This document shows positions 18,985 through 30,253 of a stretch of 64,000 bases of DNA, one piece after another. Position 1 is the stretch's first letter. Every line of letters begins with the position of its first letter. This DNA is from Dehalococcoidia bacterium. GTDB lineage: Bacteria > Chloroflexota > Dehalococcoidia > Lucifugimonadales > UBA2985. Position numbers and translations under genes: made by a program. The notes beneath the pieces were generated by a model. That model made no database searches, was not told where the DNA came from, and was given only the letters and a program-made list of their open reading frames with translations. The stretch spans positions 713 through 64,712 of the forward strand of contig OZ244924.1 of assembly GCA_965221925.1 (NCBI GenBank), read 5' to 3'.

Positions 18985-19965
18985 GTGAGACTACACCCAC
19001 AATCTATGCTGACCGTTAGGCGTTTTATCCGGAAACAGGTTGCTCTTGTTGCTCTTTTGCTAGTAGGGACGCTTCTTTTCTCGGCCTGTACCGGAGAAAT
19101 GGGGAGTCCGGGCGCTCAAGGCCCCCAAGGACCTGAGGGAGGCCAAGGCCCCCAAGGACCTGAGGGAGGCCAGGGGCCTCAAGGACCTGAGGGAGGCCAG
19201 GGATCTCAAGGGCCTGAGGGAGCCCAGGGATCTCAGGGGCCAAAAGGCGACCCCGGAGGGCCGATAGGGCCTAAGGGTGACCAGGGAGGCGAGGGCCCAG
19301 AGGGACCTCTGGGACCTGAGGGACCACCAGGACCGCGGGGACCACAAGGAGAGCCGGGTACCCCGGGCGGGCCTCCTGGTCCGCTAGGACCACAGGGACC
19401 AACCGGCCCGCAGGGACCGATTGGCGCTCGCGGAGTACAGGGTGAAACCGGCCCACAGGGAGAGCGGGGCATCCAGGGCTTACCAGGAGAGCAAGGGCCG
19501 ATTGGGCCGATAGGGCCGCAAGGGCCCAACGGCGCCCAGGGGCCAGGAGGGCCGACAGGCGCCACGGGACCTCAGGGACCGGAAGGTCCGGCGGGCGCCC
19601 AGGGACCGGCAGGACAGCGCGGGGCTCCCGGACGTGAAGGCGCAGCAGGGCCGCATGGTCCACAGGGAATCCAGGGCAAACCTGGAGTGGCCGAGCTCGA
19701 AATCGTCACCGAAGTGGAAGGACCGACTGCCACTCTACTGAAAACGGCAACAGCGAGATGCTCGGAAGCCGGAGAGGAACTGTCAGCAATCTCCGGTGGA
19801 GCCAGGCTTTCGGGCGTAACCACCGGCGTAACCATTATTGGAACCTACCCCACTGGGAACGAGGGCGAGGTGCCGTCTGGGTGGATAGCAGAAGCCAGAT
19901 TCAACGGGGCCGACCCAGGGAGCTGGACACTTACCGTCTACGCGGTGTGCGCCGTCGTCCAATAG
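18985..19965 (+). CDS. Collagen-like lipoprotein
   Basis: Signal peptide with lipobox LFSAC, ~195-aa Gly-X-Y region, C-terminal globular domain; RBS AAGGAGGT. Confidence 0.88.
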   Translation: MRLHPQSMLTVRRFIRKQVALVALLLVGTLLFSACTGEMGSPGAQGPQGPEGGQGPQGPEGGQGPQGPEGGQGSQGPEGAQGSQGPKGDPGGPIGPKGDQGGEGPEGPLGPEGPPGPRGPQGEPGTPGGPPGPLGPQGPTGPQGPIGARGVQGETGPQGERGIQGLPGEQGPIGPIGPQGPNGAQGPGGPTGATGPQGPEGPAGAQGPAGQRGAPGREGAAGPHGPQGIQGKPGVAELEIVTEVEGPTATLLKTATARCSEAGEELSAISGGARLSGVTTGVTIIGTYPTGNEGEVPSGWIAEARFNGADPGSWTLTVYAVCAVVQ

Positions 19966-20047
19966 GAGACAAAGCGCAACTGCGCCTCGCGCAGCCGGAT
20001 GGGCGCGTGAAGTGTGACGCAGCGATGGATGATCCGGAAGGGTCCGT

Positions 20048-20081
20048 GTGAGAGGGGCCGGCATAAGCCGGCCCCTCTCAC
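20048..20081. terminator. Perfect 15-bp hairpin between convergent genes
   Basis: GTGAGAGGGGCCGGC-ATAA-GCCGGCCCCTCTCAC; no U tract. Confidence 0.55.
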
Positions 20082-20136
20082 CGTCTCTATTGCCCTGCTC
20101 ATCCCGTCGTGGAAATATGGAGTACGGGGCAATTCG

Positions 20137-21018
20137 TCAAGGCGCGCCACGGACGGCTCCCGGCCTGCGAAAGGCCAGGTACACGCCGGACAACGCCAGG
20201 ACGCCACCCGCCACGCTGGTGGGAGGCGGCGCCTCGCCAAGCACGATCCAGGCCAGGATGGTAGCGCCTACGGGCTCCGCCATCACCGCCACGGCCACCA
20301 GCGTGGCGCTCACTCGCCCAAGCGCCCAGTTGAGGGATGAGTGGCCCACAAGCTGAGGCACAAAGGCAATCAGAACCAGCATCAAGTACGTTCCTGCGCC
20401 GAAGCCGCTGAGTGGAGCGCCCGTTACGGCGACCGCGGCCATGAGCATCAGCGCAGAAGCTGGATACACAATAGCGATGTAGCTGATGTTGGAGAGGTCT
20501 CGCCTGACCCGTCGGCCAATCAAGAAGTAGGCCCCTGCGGCCGCCGCTCCAACGAGGGCCAGGAGGTCGCCGTAAAGCTGGCCTCCCCCTGCCGCCCGAT
20601 CTCCCTCGGCCAGCACAACGCCACCCACAATGCCCAAAGCAATGCCTCCCGTCACCGCCGGTGTGAGTCGCTCCCGGAAGGCCACGCGGGAGACCAGGGC
20701 AACCAGCAACGGGCTGGTGGTCACCAGCGCCACGGAGCTTGCAACTGAGGTGAACTCCAGCGAGGCGATCCACGCCACAAAGTGGAGCGCCAGGGCCAGC
20801 GCAGATGCCACGCACCAGAAGAGCTGCGAGCGGCTGACGGAGCGCAGACCGCGCCGGTCTACGGCCAGGGCCAGGGGAGTCGTCACGAGACCGGCAATGC
20901 CGAGCCGGTACGCGGCGATGACCAAGGCGGGGGCATCGGCCAGCCGAATCAGGACCGCCGCGCAGGAGACGGCCGCTACCCCGGAGGCGACTACGCTATA
21001 GAGAAGTATTGGACGCAC
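20137..21018 (-). CDS. EamA/DMT family transporter
   Basis: About 10 TM segments, IAAYRL, GDLLAL, GHSSLNWAL, EPVGATILAW. Confidence 0.9.
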   Translation of the reverse strand: MRPILLYSVVASGVAAVSCAAVLIRLADAPALVIAAYRLGIAGLVTTPLALAVDRRGLRSVSRSQLFWCVASALALALHFVAWIASLEFTSVASSVALVTTSPLLVALVSRVAFRERLTPAVTGGIALGIVGGVVLAEGDRAAGGGQLYGDLLALVGAAAAGAYFLIGRRVRRDLSNISYIAIVYPASALMLMAAVAVTGAPLSGFGAGTYLMLVLIAFVPQLVGHSSLNWALGRVSATLVAVAVMAEPVGATILAWIVLGEAPPPTSVAGGVLALSGVYLAFRRPGAVRGAP

Positions 21019-21126
21019 TTACCGCAGCTTGATGGCCGTGGAGCCAAACACCGGTCGAAGGTATCTTACAGGGAGAGATTGCCGTGTCAAGCCGTTCTCC
21101 GCAGCGCGTGAGGGTTTGGCCGGGAG

Positions 21127-21570
21127 TCAGCCGAAGATGGCCTGCAGCCTGGCCTTCCTGTAGCCGAATATCCGGCGCAGCTCTCCGGCTATGAACAGGC
21201 GATTGACCAGCGCGCCGCCAGGCGCCCGGTAGTCGACGCTGTCCGTGACCAGGGTTCCGCCCTCCACCTCCTCGAAAGTGTGACGATGCGCCCATAGCCT
21301 GTACGGGCCTTTGCGCTGGACATCGCAGAAACCGGAGGGCGGGTCCCACTCCGTTATCTCGCTCAGCCACCTGAAGGGCACGCCGCGTATCCTGATGCGG
21401 TAGTCGATGATGGTCCCAACGGCCATCTCGATGGGCAGAGGGGTCAGGATGGAGAAGTGTACCCACGGAGGAGTCAGCGCGTTGAGGTTTTCGGCGGAGG
21501 CGAAGAACTCAAAGACGGCGTCCCGCGGATGCCTTATGAGCGTTTCCTGGTGAAGTTTGAACCCCGGCAT
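21127..21570 (-). CDS. SRPBCC family protein
   Basis: VFEFF..AENLNALTPPW, DVQRKGPY..W.H.H.F, IFGYR. Confidence 0.85.
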   Translation of the reverse strand: MPGFKLHQETLIRHPRDAVFEFFASAENLNALTPPWVHFSILTPLPIEMAVGTIIDYRIRIRGVPFRWLSEITEWDPPSGFCDVQRKGPYRLWAHRHTFEEVEGGTLVTDSVDYRAPGGALVNRLFIAGELRRIFGYRKARLQAIFG

Positions 21571-21643
21571 GTCCCCCCAATCGCCGGCAGAGTCCCCCAA
21601 TCATACCCTACAATCCCCAAAAGTTCACCCGCATTGAAGCGCG

Positions 21644-21937
21644 TCACCGCGCCCTACCGGCGGCGGTCCGCAAGGCGCGCACGGCCTGTCCAACCCGCCG
21701 GTCGGCAGCTGCGAGGTCGAACTGCGTTTGGAGGTTCAGCCAGAATTGGGGGCCTACGCCAAACCAGCGCCCAAACCGCAGGGCGGTGTCGCCTGTCACG
21801 GAGCGCTTCCCGGCGACTATCTGGCCGACCCGGTTCGGCGGCACGTCAATCTGACGCGCAAAGGTTGTTGGAGCCACGCCCATCTCCTCAAGCTCATCCT
21901 TTAGAATCTCCCCCGGGTGAACCACGCGCTTCAACAT
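21644..21937 (-). CDS. higA: HigA family antitoxin (orphan)
   Basis: VHPGEILKDEL, VTGDTALR, FWLNLQTQFDL; AGGAGG RBS. Confidence 0.88.
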   Translation of the reverse strand: MLKRVVHPGEILKDELEEMGVAPTTFARQIDVPPNRVGQIVAGKRSVTGDTALRFGRWFGVGPQFWLNLQTQFDLAAADRRVGQAVRALRTAAGRAR

Positions 21938-21956
21938 GTCTCACATCCTCCTGCTG

Positions 21957-21980
21957 CTAGTGGTAGTCCACAATCTCCAC
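21957..21980 (-). pseudogene. C-terminal remnant of a HigB toxin
   Basis: Reads VEIVDYH-stop immediately upstream of higA, matching the end of the 16423 HigB (VEVVDYH). Confidence 0.6.
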
Positions 21981-22116
21981 ACAGGACTGAAAGCCACTAT
22001 ACCGCCTGTCCCCGTATCCAAGAATCACGTTTATTCCAGCGTAACGGTCGTAGACGATTGACGTCAATCGTCACCCCATGCTTGCTGCCGGATGCGGGTG
22101 TGGGGTTTATTGAGAT

Positions 22117-22491
22117 ATGGCGATTGAGTTCGTTGGGGTGGACGGCTGCCGCGGCGGTTGGTTCAGCGTTGGGTTTGACGACAACGGCTGCTATACGTTC
22201 GATGTGTTCGACACCTTTGGCAAGCTGCTGGGCTGCTACGAGGACGCGAAGCTGATCCTTGTAGATATGCCGATTGGCCTTCCGGAGGACCAAAAAGGCC
22301 GCAACGCCGACCGCGAGGCCAGGAAGAAACTCGGCCCTCGCCGGTCAAGCGTCTTCTCGGCGCCGACTCGCCGGACGGCACAGCAGGCGGCGGAGTCACC
22401 GGAGGACTACCTCGCTGCTGTCAATGTTGAGTTCAATCACACCGGGAAGAAGATCAGCAGGCAGGCAGGTGATGATTGTGGGCGAACCTAA
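22117..22491 (+). pseudogene. Truncated DUF429 (predicted nuclease) N-terminal half
   Basis: VGVDGCRGGW, VDMPIGL, DREARKKLG.RRSSVF; breaks off after KKISRQA. Confidence 0.7.
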
Positions 22492-22633
22492 CGAGGACAG
22501 CTCACTCAGGGCAGTCAGCGTCATAGTGATACCGGAGGGTATGGCAATGCCGTTTGGAGCCGGACGAGGTGGATTCGGCGGGTTCGGCGGCCCCGGCGCG
22601 GGGGACGGCCTACAGCTCCCGTAACGCAGGCCC

Positions 22634-23032
22634 TTACACGCGCTCGGCTTCGTAGATTCGCAACTCCGTGTGGCGCGCAAGCACGTCGAAGTCGGCGTCG
22701 TTATGCAGAACCGGCGCGCCGGCGCGTATGGCTGCGGAGGCAATGAGGCAGTCGATGAGCCTGCGGACGGTCTCTCCCTGCCGTCGGCAGCGGCGATAGA
22801 GCGCGGCAGCGTCATCATAGTCGGCCGTCAGCGTTGGAATCACCGCCGCCCGCGCCAGCAGCCGCCGCAGGCTCAGCAGGTGCGATTCATCCCGCGCCCC
22901 GGCCAGTACCTCCATCCGCACCGCGTCGCAGACGGCAATCTCGCTCGCTAGCGCTTCGTCAACCAGGGCGCAGACCGTGGACCCTGTGTTGCGCAGGAAC
23001 TCTATCCAGGCAGATGTATCGACCAGGATCAC
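22634..23032 (-). CDS. vapC: VapC PIN-domain toxin
   Basis: MILVDTSAWIE, EVLAG, IDCLIA, LHNDADF. Confidence 0.93.
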   Translation of the reverse strand: MILVDTSAWIEFLRNTGSTVCALVDEALASEIAVCDAVRMEVLAGARDESHLLSLRRLLARAAVIPTLTADYDDAAALYRRCRRQGETVRRLIDCLIASAAIRAGAPVLHNDADFDVLARHTELRIYEAERV

Positions 23033-23232
23033 GGCAACCGGCTTGAGCGCATCGCGTCCAGGTTGCCCTCCCAGCCAATCCCACGCAGCGAGCGGGCATC
23101 GTCTATGGACGCTGGTTCGGCTGCCAGCGTTCGCAGCGCGTAGTTAACCGCCTCACGCTTGGTGGCAAGCCGATAGCGCCGCATCACCTCGGCGCACGCC
23201 TGGTCGTCGACGTCTATATTGGTGCGTGACAT
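23029..23232 (-). CDS. vapB: VapB antitoxin
   Basis: MSRTNIDVDD..TKREAVNYAL..GWEGNLDAMR; 4-bp overlap with vapC. Confidence 0.9.
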   Translation of the reverse strand: MSRTNIDVDDQACAEVMRRYRLATKREAVNYALRTLAAEPASIDDARSLRGIGWEGNLDAMRSSRLP

Positions 23233-23306
23233 ACACCTATCATACACCAAAAAGCGGCCGGCGGCAAGGCTGGACCCAACAGAGCTGTATAGCCTGCATT
23301 CTTGCT

Positions 23307-23912
23307 CTAGGTCTGCAGCACGATCTCGTACTGCTCTGCGGTAAACGGAAGGGTTGTGAAGTTACTTCTGGCAGGCGGTCTCCACGAACCGGCCCGTTCG
23401 CCGGGGGGAGCGAACTCGGTGTGAAGAGTAAGCCCCACGAACTTATTATCCGATCCGAGTTGACGAAGAAGCAGGCGCCTCGCAAACCGTGGGTCGCCCT
23501 CCTTAGCGCCCTCCCAATACACCCTGCGACTCTCCACAAAGGCGGGAACGGCTCCATCCACATCGATGGTGAAATCGTTCAAATTAACCACGCCAGGCCG
23601 GCGTGTGCCTGGAATGTCCAAAACGACCTCGTAGCCTAGAGCCGGGGCAGACTCGGTCACCAGGTCGCTAGTTGGGTTGGCTCTAGCAAAGCTTTCCAGC
23701 GCTGGGCTCTGGAAAGCCGCTCGCCAGGCCTCTCTGCTATCCCATAGGGCCAGACGAGAGTATTTGTCTAGATATCCAAATGAATTCAAAGTGAGGTATC
23801 CTTGAAATCCAGGCTGGGACTTTAGAATGTCTATGATCTTCTCATTCCATGCCATGTAGTCTCCAACCCTCCACACAGGTACCATTTCCTCTCTACGGGT
23901 CACATATGTCAT
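23307..23912 (-). CDS. Hypothetical protein, possible tandem ABM-like (dimeric alpha/beta barrel) domains
   Basis: LKSQPGFQG..Y..LALWDSREAWRA..SP pattern; lower GC than flanks. Confidence 0.55.
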   Translation of the reverse strand: MTYVTRREEMVPVWRVGDYMAWNEKIIDILKSQPGFQGYLTLNSFGYLDKYSRLALWDSREAWRAAFQSPALESFARANPTSDLVTESAPALGYEVVLDIPGTRRPGVVNLNDFTIDVDGAVPAFVESRRVYWEGAKEGDPRFARRLLLRQLGSDNKFVGLTLHTEFAPPGERAGSWRPPARSNFTTLPFTAEQYEIVLQT

Positions 23913-23968
23913 AGCTGACTTCCCCTTTCCGGTATCGCTTAACATTCCCCGGTTCATCCAGAGATTCG

Positions 23969-24721
23969 TTAGTTATCCCTTCTCATGAGGCTGAAGCTCT
24001 GGGCGGTTGGCCCTCTATCGGGCTGGGTAGCCAGGAACAACGCCAACTGCGTCACGTCCTTGGGTGATTTCACCCACTCGCTGTCAATATTGAAAACAGA
24101 ACCTTCAGAGCTGGCAGAAGCGTCTGCCACTGACCTGGTGTCCACCGGACCAGGGATCAACTCGTTGACGCTTATGTCATACTCCCAGAGTTCTTGGGCT
24201 GCGACTCGCGTGAGCATCCATAGCCCAGCCTTGGAGCATGCGTACGCCGACGAAGCCACCCTCCCGCGGTGGCCGATACCTGATCCCACCGTGATGATCT
24301 TGCCGCCTCCCCTGCTTTTCAGATAGGGAATGGCGGATCTAACGCAATAGTATGCTCCTACCAGATTCAACTCTACTGTTGCGAGCCACTTGAGGGGATC
24401 GCCGTCGTCTACTCGACCGATGTCAAGTCTCCCTCCGGCGTTAACCACCACGATGTCTATGCCGCCAAAGAACTCCGAAGCCCCTCTGAACATCTGCTCC
24501 ACAGCTTCCAGACTGGTAACGTCCGTCTGTATGGCAAGTCCGTTTCCACCGGAACCTTCTATCACTCGAACCGTGTCCTCGATTTCCGACGATGTACGCG
24601 CGGCGCAGCAGACGCCCGCGCCCTCCTGCGCATATGCCATAGCAATAGCCTTGCCGATTCCTCTCCCCGCGCCTGTTACCACCGCGACCTTCCCTTCCAA
24701 ACTCCGAGATTGTTCTGTCAT
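23969..24721 (-). CDS. Short-chain dehydrogenase/reductase
   Basis: TGAGRGIG, VNAG, YACSK. Confidence 0.92.
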   Translation of the reverse strand: MTEQSRSLEGKVAVVTGAGRGIGKAIAMAYAQEGAGVCCAARTSSEIEDTVRVIEGSGGNGLAIQTDVTSLEAVEQMFRGASEFFGGIDIVVVNAGGRLDIGRVDDGDPLKWLATVELNLVGAYYCVRSAIPYLKSRGGGKIITVGSGIGHRGRVASSAYACSKAGLWMLTRVAAQELWEYDISVNELIPGPVDTRSVADASASSEGSVFNIDSEWVKSPKDVTQLALFLATQPDRGPTAQSFSLMRRDN

Positions 24722-24787
24722 TTCCTTGCCTCTCTGGCGATTTCGAGCAGCCAAGTCTCCCTACAAGCATACCCGGCGGCAGGAGAT

Positions 24788-24937
24788 CCGGCAACGCGGA
24801 CTCGAATAGATTGGGGCGCTTCTCCCTCGTCACAGTGGCGCAGCACAGCGTCCCGCATCATTTCCCGGCGAGACGCTCCCAGTTGCCGGCTTCGGTGAAG
24901 ATGCTGTGACCACAGCGCGAGCTTCATAGCCTCCCTC
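24788..24937 (-). pseudogene. Degenerate HicB-like small antitoxin
   Basis: Across frameshifts reads EGGYEARA / HSIFTEAGNWERL / EMMRDAVLRHCDEGEAPQSIRV; boundaries approximate. Confidence 0.5.
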
Positions 24938-25118
24938 AACGGAGTTGCATTCGGCAGGCGCCAACAATATACTGGAGCATAATCCAAGGACGGGACTTCG
25001 TGTACATCACCGAATCGCTCCGCTCTATGCCGATGGCAACCCGCTTAACCGCGCTGCGCAGACGCGCGGGAGAGGCTGTGGGCTATGAGAAGGGCCTGCG
25101 CGCCTGTGAGGCTTCGCA

Positions 25119-26333
25119 GTGAGCGGCCTCGCCTACGATATAGCCATCATAGGCGGCGGCATCATTGGCCTTGCCACTGCTCTGGAGCTGTCCACCAGAC
25201 ACCCCAGGTACAAAACCGTGGTCCTGGAGAAGGAAGCGGAGTTGGCAACCCACCAGACCGGGCACAACAGCGGGGTGATTCACTCTGGCATCTACTACCG
25301 GCCGGGTTCCCTCAAGGCCAGGAACTGCGTGGCCGGAGGCCGCGCCCTCCTGGAGTTTTGCCGGGACAACGGCGTCGAGTATCAGATGTGCGGCAAGGTA
25401 ATTGTCGCCACCGACCGGAGCGAGCTTGCCGGCCTGGATGAGCTGTACAGGCGCGGGACCGCCAATGGCGTCCCGGGGCTGCGAATGATAGAGGCCGAGG
25501 AGCTCAGGGAGTTGGAGCCTTACGCCCGTGGTGTGAGGGCGCTCCACTCGCCAAACACGGGAATCATCGACTACACCCAGGTTGCTTTAGCCTACGCCAA
25601 CCGATTCCGCGACAACGGGGGGGAAGTTGTGACCGGAGCAAGGGTCATGGCCATACGCCAGACCGACGGCCTGGTCAACATCTCGACCGCAAAGGGAGAC
25701 GTCCGGGCGAAGAGCATCATCAACTGCGCCGGCCTCTACTCCGACACCATCGCCCGGATGATGGGGGTGAAGCAGGACGTCAGAATCGTGCCCTTCCGGG
25801 GTGAATACTACATGCTTTCGCCGGAGGCAAGCCACATGGTGCGGGGGCTCATCTACCCTGTGCCCAACCCGGAGTTCCCCTTCCTTGGCGTACACTTCAC
25901 CAGGACCGTCCACGGAGACGTGGAGGCCGGGCCCAACGCGGTGCTGGCCTTTGCCAGAGAGGGGTACAAGATGACGCGGGTCAACATGGCGGAGACCCTG
26001 GGAACCCTGGGGTATCGCGGCTTCTGGGCCATGTCCGCCAGGTACTGGAGGATGGGTATGTTGGAGATGTACCGCTCTCTCAGCAAGAAGGCCTTTGTCA
26101 CCTCCCTTCAACGACTTGTGCCGGACATTCGGGAGAGCCACCTGGTGAGGGGCGCCGCCGGGGTTCGCGCCCAGGAGGTGGGAAAGAACGGCCTGATGAC
26201 GGACGACTTTCACATCACCGAGACTCAGAACGCCATTCACGTAAGGAACGCGCCCTCTCCCGGAGCAACGGCCTCCCTGGCCATCGGCAGGGACGTGGTG
26301 GCCGCCGCTGCAAAGTCGTTCCAGCTAGTGTAG
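25119..26333 (+). CDS. lhgO: L-2-hydroxyglutarate oxidase
   Basis: GGGIIG, HQTGHNSGVIHSGIYY, PFRGEY, FPFLGVHFT, NAPSPGATASLAIG. Confidence 0.92.
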   Translation: MSGLAYDIAIIGGGIIGLATALELSTRHPRYKTVVLEKEAELATHQTGHNSGVIHSGIYYRPGSLKARNCVAGGRALLEFCRDNGVEYQMCGKVIVATDRSELAGLDELYRRGTANGVPGLRMIEAEELRELEPYARGVRALHSPNTGIIDYTQVALAYANRFRDNGGEVVTGARVMAIRQTDGLVNISTAKGDVRAKSIINCAGLYSDTIARMMGVKQDVRIVPFRGEYYMLSPEASHMVRGLIYPVPNPEFPFLGVHFTRTVHGDVEAGPNAVLAFAREGYKMTRVNMAETLGTLGYRGFWAMSARYWRMGMLEMYRSLSKKAFVTSLQRLVPDIRESHLVRGAAGVRAQEVGKNGLMTDDFHITETQNAIHVRNAPSPGATASLAIGRDVVAAAAKSFQLV

Positions 26334-26561
26334 CGGCCCGCAAGCCTTCTCTACAGGCGCTTGTTAGGTCAAGCCGAGGCGCATCGTTGCCACACTCTCG
26401 CCGTTTCTATAAAATCCGCTAATCTTTCCCGCTCGTGGTGAGCTTGTCGAACCATATGAGCGAGAAGACTACGGACGTATACGTCCCCGCTCGCCCTTCG
26501 ACAGGCTCAGGGCGAACGGTATCATGCACATAACCAACACATGTTGAGAATACCCCTTCGC

Positions 26562-27497
26562 TTAACGGTACGCCACCAGCACCACCGAGGCGGTGGCAAG
26601 CCACAGCACGATGTTGAGAATCAGCGGTACGTCCGTCAGGAGTATCTGCTCCGGGCTTTCCCCCAGGTTCTTGTGGTGCACCAGGTACAGGTAGCGAAAA
26701 AGGCCGTACATTACAAACGGCACGGTCAGTAGCATGGCGTTATTGCTTGGCAGGTTGTCGGCGGTGAAGGTATAGAGGACGTAGGAGACCAGGGTAGCAG
26801 GCGCCACAATGGATATGAGCTGCTCCAGGAACCGCGGCGTGTACGCTTCCAGGCTCTGCCTCTGTAGAGAGCCGGTCTCCCCGGCCAGGACCGTCTCGTT
26901 GAGACGCTTGGCAAAGCCCAGGAAGAGCGCGCCCAGTGAGGTGCAGATATACAGCCACGGCGATATGGCAACGTCCAGCACCACCGCGCCCGCAACCGCC
27001 CTCAAGACGAACCCGGAGCTGATTATAAGAACGTCGATTATGATCACGCGCTTCAGGTAAAGGGAGTAGGCGGCCATAGAGGCCAGGTATATCAGCGTCA
27101 CCAGGGCGAACAGGGCCTCCAGGAGGAAGGCAAGGGCTACCCCGCCGGCGGCAAGGGCAAGGGCAATAGCCAGGGCCGGAAACGGGGCCAGGACCCCTGC
27201 TGCCACAGGTCGATGCCGCTTCCTGGGATGGTGGCGGTCGTTCTCCGCGTCCAGGACATCGTTGAGCAGGTAGACGGCGCCGGTGATCAGGCAGAAGATG
27301 GCAAGAGCCGCCGTGGTCCTGGCAAAGACGCGGGCCGCCTCGTCCAACTCGCTCAGGCTCCACGCCTGGTCTATGGTGAAGAACAGGGCAAAGTAGATGA
27401 TGAGGTTCTTGATCCACTGGCGCGGGCGCATGGAGGAGATGACTCCCCTGGCAGCGCTCCAACCCCATGCACGGCCTATTCCCTCTGCTTCTGCCAT
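26562..27497 (-). CDS. Decaprenyl-phosphate phosphoribosyltransferase (UbiA family)
   Basis: MRPRQWIKN, YLLNDVLD..DRHHPRKRHRP.A.G, GFVLRA, TVPFVMYGLFRY, GESPE. Confidence 0.88.
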   Translation of the reverse strand: MAEAEGIGRAWGWSAARGVISSMRPRQWIKNLIIYFALFFTIDQAWSLSELDEAARVFARTTAALAIFCLITGAVYLLNDVLDAENDRHHPRKRHRPVAAGVLAPFPALAIALALAAGGVALAFLLEALFALVTLIYLASMAAYSLYLKRVIIIDVLIISSGFVLRAVAGAVVLDVAISPWLYICTSLGALFLGFAKRLNETVLAGETGSLQRQSLEAYTPRFLEQLISIVAPATLVSYVLYTFTADNLPSNNAMLLTVPFVMYGLFRYLYLVHHKNLGESPEQILLTDVPLILNIVLWLATASVVLVAYR

Positions 27498-27637
27498 ATC
27501 ACCTGGATGATAACCAGCCGCGGCGAGCAAAGTCAACGCTGGCTGGAGCGCCACTCCCTTCCCGCGCATAGCCAGCCCCGTACTTGATGCGGGGGCGAAC
27601 CTGTCTAAGGGCGTGAGCGGGGACAACCGCGACTTCG

Positions 27638-27665
27638 GTAGGGGCGGTTCGCGAACCGCCCCTAC
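27638..27665. repeat. GTAG-type REP palindrome
   Basis: GTAGGGGCGGTTCGCGAACCGCCCCTAC, perfect palindrome. Confidence 0.7.
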
Positions 27666-27908
27666 ATCGCATCGCCCATTACCAGGGCCTGTAGAGAATG
27701 CCTGGATTTTTGACAAGGAGCGGAATCCCTGCTATTATAGTAGGTGAAATAGTCTATATCCTGCGCTGTTTTCCATAATTCAACGTCTTCTATTTCGATA
27801 CAACACGCAAAACGGTCGGCCTACCACCAGCAAGACCCTTGGCGCGCCCACCGTGTCGAAGCCGTGTATGAGCTATGGTCAACTTCTTCTTGCAGGCGTA
27901 AAAGCTGA

Positions 27909-29906
<1,998 letters not shown>

Positions 29907-29950
29907 GGGAGCCGAGGGCGGCGCAACAGTGCGCATGGGGCGCCCTTGAC

Positions 29951-30130
29951 CTACGTGACGCGTATGGGATGAGGCAGGGGCTGGTTAACCAGGTAGCCCT
30001 TCTCGTTGAAGGGCCCGTGGTTCGGCTGGGTGTTGCCCACAGTGTCAGTGGCCCGGGTCATGATGGCCCGCTCGCCCGGCTCCGCGTTCCAGGCTAACTC
30101 GAACCGCGTCGCGCCGTCGGCGTCCCAGCG
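29951..30130 (-). pseudogene. C-terminal fragment of a sulfite-oxidase-family molybdoenzyme
   Basis: RFELAW.A.PG...IMTRATDTVGNTQP..PFNEKGY (dimerisation-domain tail); no N-terminal part. Confidence 0.6.
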
Positions 30131-30253
30131 GACGGCCGTGGGCTCAGGGTTGTTCTGAGTCACTCGCTCCTCCTGGTTCACGAAGATGCTTTCTATTGTA
30201 TCAACCAGTGTATTGTGATTGAATAGCCAAAGATTCTTTTATGGAGAAGCGAT

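Noticed and set aside
19100-19690. Short tandem repeats as a non-coding array
   Set aside because: Fully explained by Gly-X-Y codons of the collagen-like ORF
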